Assembly: GCA_965225855.1 (NCBI GenBank)
Contig: CBDDCK010000005.1
Coordinates: 1,248,001-1,312,000, forward strand
Direction of reading: 5' to 3'
Length of the DNA: 64,000 nt
Source: Spirochaetia bacterium
Lineage (GTDB): Bacteria; Spirochaetota; Spirochaetia; SP-2023
Each line of letters starts with the position of its first letter. Position 1 is the stretch's first letter. Under the pieces are notes generated by a model, which was not told where the DNA came from, did not search any database, and worked only from the letters and a program-made list of their open reading frames with translations. Below are positions 58,697 to 64,000 of the stretch, in pieces. Position numbers and translations under genes: made by a program.

Positions 58697-59698
58697 TTAG
58701 CGTGGAAATTTTTCCACATATTCTGGGATTTCCAGCATAGGGGGGCGTTCATCTTCTAAAATAGCTTTGGCCAATAACTGGAATTGTTGTTCGTGAACTT
58801 GAACTCGGCGGAATATTGTGAGCAATTCTTCATTGGTTTGTAAAATGTCAAAACGGTTTAAACGCGAAAAAAAAGTTTGCAAAATGCCAAATGACATACG
58901 ACTAAGTGCTGTAATGGGCTGGTTTCGGTGTATCCGTTGATCTAAATCTGTTTGAGCAAAAGCATTAATACTATACATATTGAGCACATCTAGCAAATGG
59001 GCGGTCTCCACGCCATAGCCAATAGGAAAAGAAATACTTTCTAATACTTCACGCCGCACTGCATATTCACCGGATAAAGGTTGAATCATCGCACTCAATT
59101 CAGGAAAAAATAATGAAAACAGCGGCCGTATTAAAATTTCTGTAACACGGCCTCCACCGGAAGCCCGAATACCACCAGAATAGGTAATGGGCCTATCGTA
59201 AAAAGCTTTTACATATTTCACTTCATCACGTTCAATTAAAGGTCCCACCAAACCATAGACAAAACGCGGATGAATATTTTCAATATCCGCATCGACATAA
59301 ACAATAATATCGCCTTTGAGTTGGTAAATCGCTTTCCATAGATTTTCCCCCTTACCCTTCTTTTGCTCTAAATTCGTCAAAATATCGCTGGAAAGGTAAG
59401 TGTCTGCGCCAAACGAACGGGCCATTTCTAACGTGCGATCTTCTGAGCCTGAATCAATTACAGCAAATTCATCAATTAACGGATAACGCCGCATCAATTC
59501 GGAAACAAAAATAACCACTTCTTTGCCAATCGTTTTTTCTTCATTTAAAGTTGGGATACAAAGAGAAATAGTTAAACCTTTCTGTTCTTTAATTTTAATC
59601 AAACGTCGAATATCGGCAAATGCGGTATGGTGATAGGTATTTTCTTCTAACCATTTTTCGCTTTTATCTGAATTATTTACTAGAAATTCATCACTCAT
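58697..59698 (-). CDS. gpgS: Glucosyl-3-phosphoglycerate synthase
   Basis: P.LNEE.TI, GKGE.LW, DAD, GGRVTE, QPLSGEYA, GYGVE. Confidence 0.9.
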   Translation of the reverse strand: MSDEFLVNNSDKSEKWLEENTYHHTAFADIRRLIKIKEQKGLTISLCIPTLNEEKTIGKEVVIFVSELMRRYPLIDEFAVIDSGSEDRTLEMARSFGADTYLSSDILTNLEQKKGKGENLWKAIYQLKGDIIVYVDADIENIHPRFVYGLVGPLIERDEVKYVKAFYDRPITYSGGIRASGGGRVTEILIRPLFSLFFPELSAMIQPLSGEYAVRREVLESISFPIGYGVETAHLLDVLNMYSINAFAQTDLDQRIHRNQPITALSRMSFGILQTFFSRLNRFDILQTNEELLTIFRRVQVHEQQFQLLAKAILEDERPPMLEIPEYVEKFPR

Positions 59699-59719
59699 AA
59701 TAGAGTCCTTTCGCCATTC

Positions 59720-60871
59720 TTAACTACAATAATCATCGGCTTTTAACAACAGTAGCAACAGTTGACAAATACCTTTAGGCAGCATATTTATATGAACCGC
59801 TTCATCACTACTATCCATATTATTGCCAAGGGTTAGCCCTACTGTAACGGCTGGAATATTGCGCACAATAAAAGCTGCTAATTCTGAACGACTGGGATAA
59901 ATTTGTGGCTGGACATCTAACCATTCCAAAATATTGCGGGTACTACGAACCAACGGCGAACGATAAGGGATACCCCCAGGAAGGCGAAGCGAAAGGCGTT
60001 GAAAGGTAATTTCCGCATCGGTTTTGGAACTGTACTCATCCGCCAAATCACTGATAAAATCCGATAGGTTTTGGATAATTGCACTGTCTTCCCCACGGAT
60101 TTCCAAATTAAGATTGCCTTCTGTCGCTATGCGATTAAAAGCATGCCCTGCCCGAATGGAAGTTAGCGAAATTACCGTTTTGGGCCTCGATGGCAGAGGA
60201 TAGGCAAGTAAAGCATTGATCATTTCCGTTAAGTAATAAATAGCTCCTGTGGCTTCATTGCTATTTCGTTCTGGCCGGCTCTTGTAAGTAATATTTCCAC
60301 GCAAAACCCCATGACTGGTGTGACTGATCCGTCCTAAATCTAAGCCTTCCAAACAAATGCCATAATCAATTTTCCGTTTGCCTTGATCAAAAAAGAATTG
60401 CAAACCAGCCAAATCTCCAGAGCCTAAACTGCGTGTTGAACCCATAAATATAATATTTGCATTGGGCTGGTAATCCAACTTTTCAAAAAATACGGGTAGT
60501 GCTGCATTGACCGCACAACCCAAGCCATTATCAGCAACACCAATGCCACTTACCAATTGCGGTTGGATGCTAACTTTATGATCGTAGGTTTCTGTAAAAT
60601 GGGTATCCAGATGGGAAACCACTAAGATATTTTTGTCAGGATTTTTTCCCGGTAAAATTCCTACGCCATTATCCATTTCATCGCGCCCGCATTGGATTAA
60701 ATTATTAGCAGCATTCACACGTTCACAAAAAATTTGACTTCGGCTGGCTTCTTTAAATGAGGGCGCAGGTTGTTCATTGATCATCACCAAATTAGTCAAT
60801 ATCAATTCTTGCAACTCTTTGTATACATTTTCAATACGTGGTAACCATAAGTTAAAAAAATCGCGATTCAT
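59720..60871 (-). CDS. M20/M25/M40 family metallohydrolase
   Basis: SHLDT, G.G..DN..G, G...N.I. Confidence 0.8.
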   Translation of the reverse strand: MNRDFFNLWLPRIENVYKELQELILTNLVMINEQPAPSFKEASRSQIFCERVNAANNLIQCGRDEMDNGVGILPGKNPDKNILVVSHLDTHFTETYDHKVSIQPQLVSGIGVADNGLGCAVNAALPVFFEKLDYQPNANIIFMGSTRSLGSGDLAGLQFFFDQGKRKIDYGICLEGLDLGRISHTSHGVLRGNITYKSRPERNSNEATGAIYYLTEMINALLAYPLPSRPKTVISLTSIRAGHAFNRIATEGNLNLEIRGEDSAIIQNLSDFISDLADEYSSKTDAEITFQRLSLRLPGGIPYRSPLVRSTRNILEWLDVQPQIYPSRSELAAFIVRNIPAVTVGLTLGNNMDSSDEAVHINMLPKGICQLLLLLLKADDYCS

Positions 60872-60992
60872 AATAAAAATCCCTTTGCTTGAATAATTGC
60901 TTGGCTAGATGCAAAGCTTGCAAAATTTTCGGTTTGTTACGAGCATAATGAAAAGCAGACCAACCAACACTATCGGCAATGGTTGATTTAGC

Positions 60993-61442
60993 CTACCGTT
61001 TGAGCAGCAACTTTGCTACCTCTAATTGCCCTGCAGCAACAGCAACAATCAGCGGTGTTTGCCCATTGTCATCTCGGCTATTAATTTTTGCTCCATTATC
61101 CAGTAATAAAGCAACACTGCGCTTTCTGCCACTTTCTGCAGCCAAATGTAATGCCGTTCTCCCTTGAATATTTTGCAACCCCAACTTAGCACCATTATCC
61201 AACAAATATTGTGCAACATAATAAAATCCATTCGAGGAGGCAGCCATCAAAGCACTAAAACCAAAAGAATCTTGGGCGTTAGGGCTTGCACCATGCTGCT
61301 GGAGCAAATCGACCAAAATTTGTTTGCCCGTAAAAGCTGCAGCCATAATTGGCTGATAACCAAAATGATCACCATCGTTTACAAGGGCCCCATTTTCCAA
61401 TAAAAATTGAGCTGTTTCAAAATAGCCAGCAAAAGATGCCAT
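60993..61442 (-). pseudogene. Ankyrin repeat protein (fragment)
   Basis: G.TALH.AA and G.TPL..A repeats; starts and ends mid-repeat. Confidence 0.7.
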
Positions 61443-61706
61443 TATCGAGCAGTTTTTTTACAACAGTTAAATGCCCTTGCCCCGCTGCCGAAACCTAAAG
61501 CTGCTCCCTTTTCCCTAGGGCATTCACTTATACGATTTATTTGGCTATAGAGGGGTCTAACCCAGATGAATGGCGAGGATAAAAGACAAATAAAAAATAG
61601 TGTATGTTTCAAAGGAAAGCTCTTTTAAACCTTTCAACAAAGTGTTCCATTTTACAATTTTTACCACATAAACGGGAGCCGCACGGCACTAGCCTGAATG
61701 GATAAA

Positions 61707-62894
61707 TTATCTCTGCGCCCTATAGTTACCTTTTTTATCGCGAAGCTCCCAACTTAGCTGAAAGTATTGTTCATCACCTTCTTGAAGATATAGTTCTCGC
61801 TGCCAAGTATTTCCTTCATATTGTATCAACAAATGATGCTTGCCCGCTGGTACCGTAACACTATATTCCAAACGGGATTGTTCATAATTATGGTTGTTTT
61901 GTTTTTCTATCACAACATTTTCCCAAGCAGGGGTCCATCGCTGTTTACTCTGTCTCTTCAATGGAATACCGTCAAGTAATAACATGGCTTTTTCTGGCAC
62001 CAGTAATACCAGCTTGCTTTCTCTTTCTTGTAACTGTAAATCTACCAGTTTGGTTTTTCCAACTTCAATTGTAAATTGAGCGCGCGCATAATAATTCTGA
62101 CTGCTTACTTGTATACTGTGCGACCCCAAACCTACAATTTGGTAAGCTTTGCTATAAAAAGCCGTATCAGCCCTACCGCTAGAGTTTTTATGATTTCGAT
62201 CAAAAACCCAATTGTAATGGCGATTGTCAATTTCCATACTGAAATGAAGGTTTGGATTTTCAAAATAATTTGATTTATTCGCTTTTTGGGGCCTCAATAA
62301 GCGGAAACGAACCATGCCAAAATTTTTTTTAACAAAGCGCACTCTATATTGATAATTAGAAACATTTTCTGCATTACTTTGAAACGGGTAAAGCACAATG
62401 TAAATAGGGAAATCTTTGACTTCAAGCAAGATATTTTGCCCTAAGTTATTCACATTAGAATCCGAAGACAGTGCTTTATTCGCAGGGCTAATAAGGTCAA
62501 AGCGAAACTGCGATTTACCGGCCAAGCCTCGGGTTAGTAAACGCCGCCCCTGAAATTGAACATTTTCTGTTTTCTTAGTAACCAATTCTGCTTGATTATA
62601 TATCATCAAACTAACAGGCTGCCCGTTTTGTTCAAGATAGGCTAACTCTAATTCAACGGCCTGATATAGTTGGGCATCTTTTAACTTCAAAGACAATATT
62701 TGATAAATTCCAAACTGTCCATTGGGCTGAGCATCATTGGATTGCAGCTCTCTAATCAATCTACCCAGAATAGGCTCTTGATTTTGAGCTGGCAAAATTT
62801 GCAATATAAAATAAAAAGCAAGCAAAACTAACATCTGCTTTTGCATAAATTTAAGGAAAGCAATTTTTATCATTATAAATAAACCATTATTCAT
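61707..62894 (-). CDS. Hypothetical exported protein (PEGA-like C-terminus)
   Basis: Signal-like N-terminus; VPEKA.L.LDG...G.H.L.I. Confidence 0.6.
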   Translation of the reverse strand: MNNGLFIMIKIAFLKFMQKQMLVLLAFYFILQILPAQNQEPILGRLIRELQSNDAQPNGQFGIYQILSLKLKDAQLYQAVELELAYLEQNGQPVSLMIYNQAELVTKKTENVQFQGRRLLTRGLAGKSQFRFDLISPANKALSSDSNVNNLGQNILLEVKDFPIYIVLYPFQSNAENVSNYQYRVRFVKKNFGMVRFRLLRPQKANKSNYFENPNLHFSMEIDNRHYNWVFDRNHKNSSGRADTAFYSKAYQIVGLGSHSIQVSSQNYYARAQFTIEVGKTKLVDLQLQERESKLVLLVPEKAMLLLDGIPLKRQSKQRWTPAWENVVIEKQNNHNYEQSRLEYSVTVPAGKHHLLIQYEGNTWQRELYLQEGDEQYFQLSWELRDKKGNYRAQR

Positions 62895-63174
62895 GTCTAA
62901 CCACCAGCAAATATCTTAACAAACTGGCAAGTATATCAAAAATACTGATTTTATAATTTCTACACAATATTAGAAGATTTCACCAAGTATTCCACGTTAT
63001 TGACGTTTTCTATTTCAATAAAAGTTCAGCAAATAAAATTTTGAAAAAATAATTTACCAAAATACCGCAAATGAAGTAACACAACTGTAGAAAATAAAAA
63101 CACCAAATTGACTCTGGTACTCTTATTTTCTAACTTTTCTCAAAAAATAAATCCCGCCAGCTAATATGACAAAG

Positions 63175-63726
63175 CTATTCAGCTGATCGAGTAGTCTCTT
63201 CTCCAGAATTACTTTGCACAATTTCATCTTGAGTATCATTCGGTTCTAAAGCTTTTCTTTCTTCGGCTTTTTGCTTTTCAAGGCTGCGAACAACAATCTT
63301 CATATTTGCAATTTGTTCATCGTAAAGACGAATTTTCACCGTGTAATTTCCGACCATTTTAATGGTGCGTCCAGGGACATCGATGCGCTTCCGTTCAATA
63401 TTAAACCCTTGGTGGGCTAATTGTTCGGCTATGGTTGCATTCGTTACCGAACCAAAAAGACGCCCCCCATCAGCCGATGGCATGATAATTTCAATTGTAA
63501 TTTCTTTTTCCAGCCGTTCTTTGTGTCCTAATGCTTGTTTGCGTTTTTGCTCTTTACGAGCAGCAATCGACTTAGCTTTGACTTCAAAGTTATTGATGTT
63601 CAAACGGTTATACGGTAAAGCGATACGCTGGGGTAACAAAAAATTGCGCGCATATCCATCTTTGACAATACACACATCACCTTCTTCACCCAGGTTCTTC
63701 ACATCTTGGTTCAAAATAATTTTCAT
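63175..63726 (-). CDS. rplI: 50S ribosomal protein L9
   Basis: MKIIL..DV.NLG..GD...VKDGYARNFLLP, LFGSVT. Confidence 0.97.
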   Translation of the reverse strand: MKIILNQDVKNLGEEGDVCIVKDGYARNFLLPQRIALPYNRLNINNFEVKAKSIAARKEQKRKQALGHKERLEKEITIEIIMPSADGGRLFGSVTNATIAEQLAHQGFNIERKRIDVPGRTIKMVGNYTVKIRLYDEQIANMKIVVRSLEKQKAEERKALEPNDTQDEIVQSNSGEETTRSAE

Positions 63727-63748
63727 ACTCAATCTCCGTAAACAAAAC

Positions 63749-64000
63749 CTATTTCCCAACAAATGGCAACAAAGCCAACATGCGAGAATGTTTAACTGTC
63801 AGGGCCAATCGCCGTTGGTGCTTCGCACAGGTTCCGGTAATACGGCGTGGCAAAATCTTTCCAAGCTCTGTAATAAAACGCTTTAAACTATCGGGGCTCC
63901 GATAATTCATGGTAACAGTATTTTTGCAAAACCGACAAACTTTACGGCGCGACTGAAAATATCGGCGATGACCACTGTACTGGCGATCTGGCCGATTGCC
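63749..64000 (-). CDS. rpsR: 30S ribosomal protein S18 (5' end outside window)
   Basis: RRKVCRFCK...[15 protein letters not shown]...LLPFVGK*. Confidence 0.92.
   Translation of the reverse strand, partial: GNRPDRQYSGHRRYFQSRRKVCRFCKNTVTMNYRSPDSLKRFITELGKILPRRITGTCAKHQRRLALTVKHSRMLALLPFVGK

Overview
The window holds host genes of a low-GC bacterium, probably a spirochaete (inferred from a DUF261-like protein, spirochaete-style lipoproteins and an LALAA-ending tmRNA tag). These flank a ~36-kb Mu-like transposable, contractile-tailed prophage (~9678-45766) whose TGA-starting termini each carry paired GATAAC boxes 23 bp apart. Left host arm: MATE transporter, sugar ABC transporter, lactonase, yiaK and a decayed lyxK. 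The prophage has an unusual gene order with the regulation/transposition module in the middle. Its transposase and ATPase genes look intact, while the portal, gpF, tape measure and baseplate J genes carry lesions. Right host arm: a 5'-truncated tmRNA, bioD, two inverted paralogous repeat lipoproteins, fabF, a fabZ-like gene, add, dsbA-like, gpgS, rplI and rpsR. Three observations stand out. (1) A 23-bp constant-period, variable-sequence repeat family with a fixed terminus occurs at three loci, two of them inside phage structural genes. (2) A ~3.2-kb mini-Mu derivative (52912-56074) built from the prophage ends carries a surface-lipoprotein gene. (3) A 48-nt tRNA-like element lies in the phage early operon, followed by a 17-mer that recurs in both lipoprotein leaders. 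All family assignments are by eye; no database searches were run.
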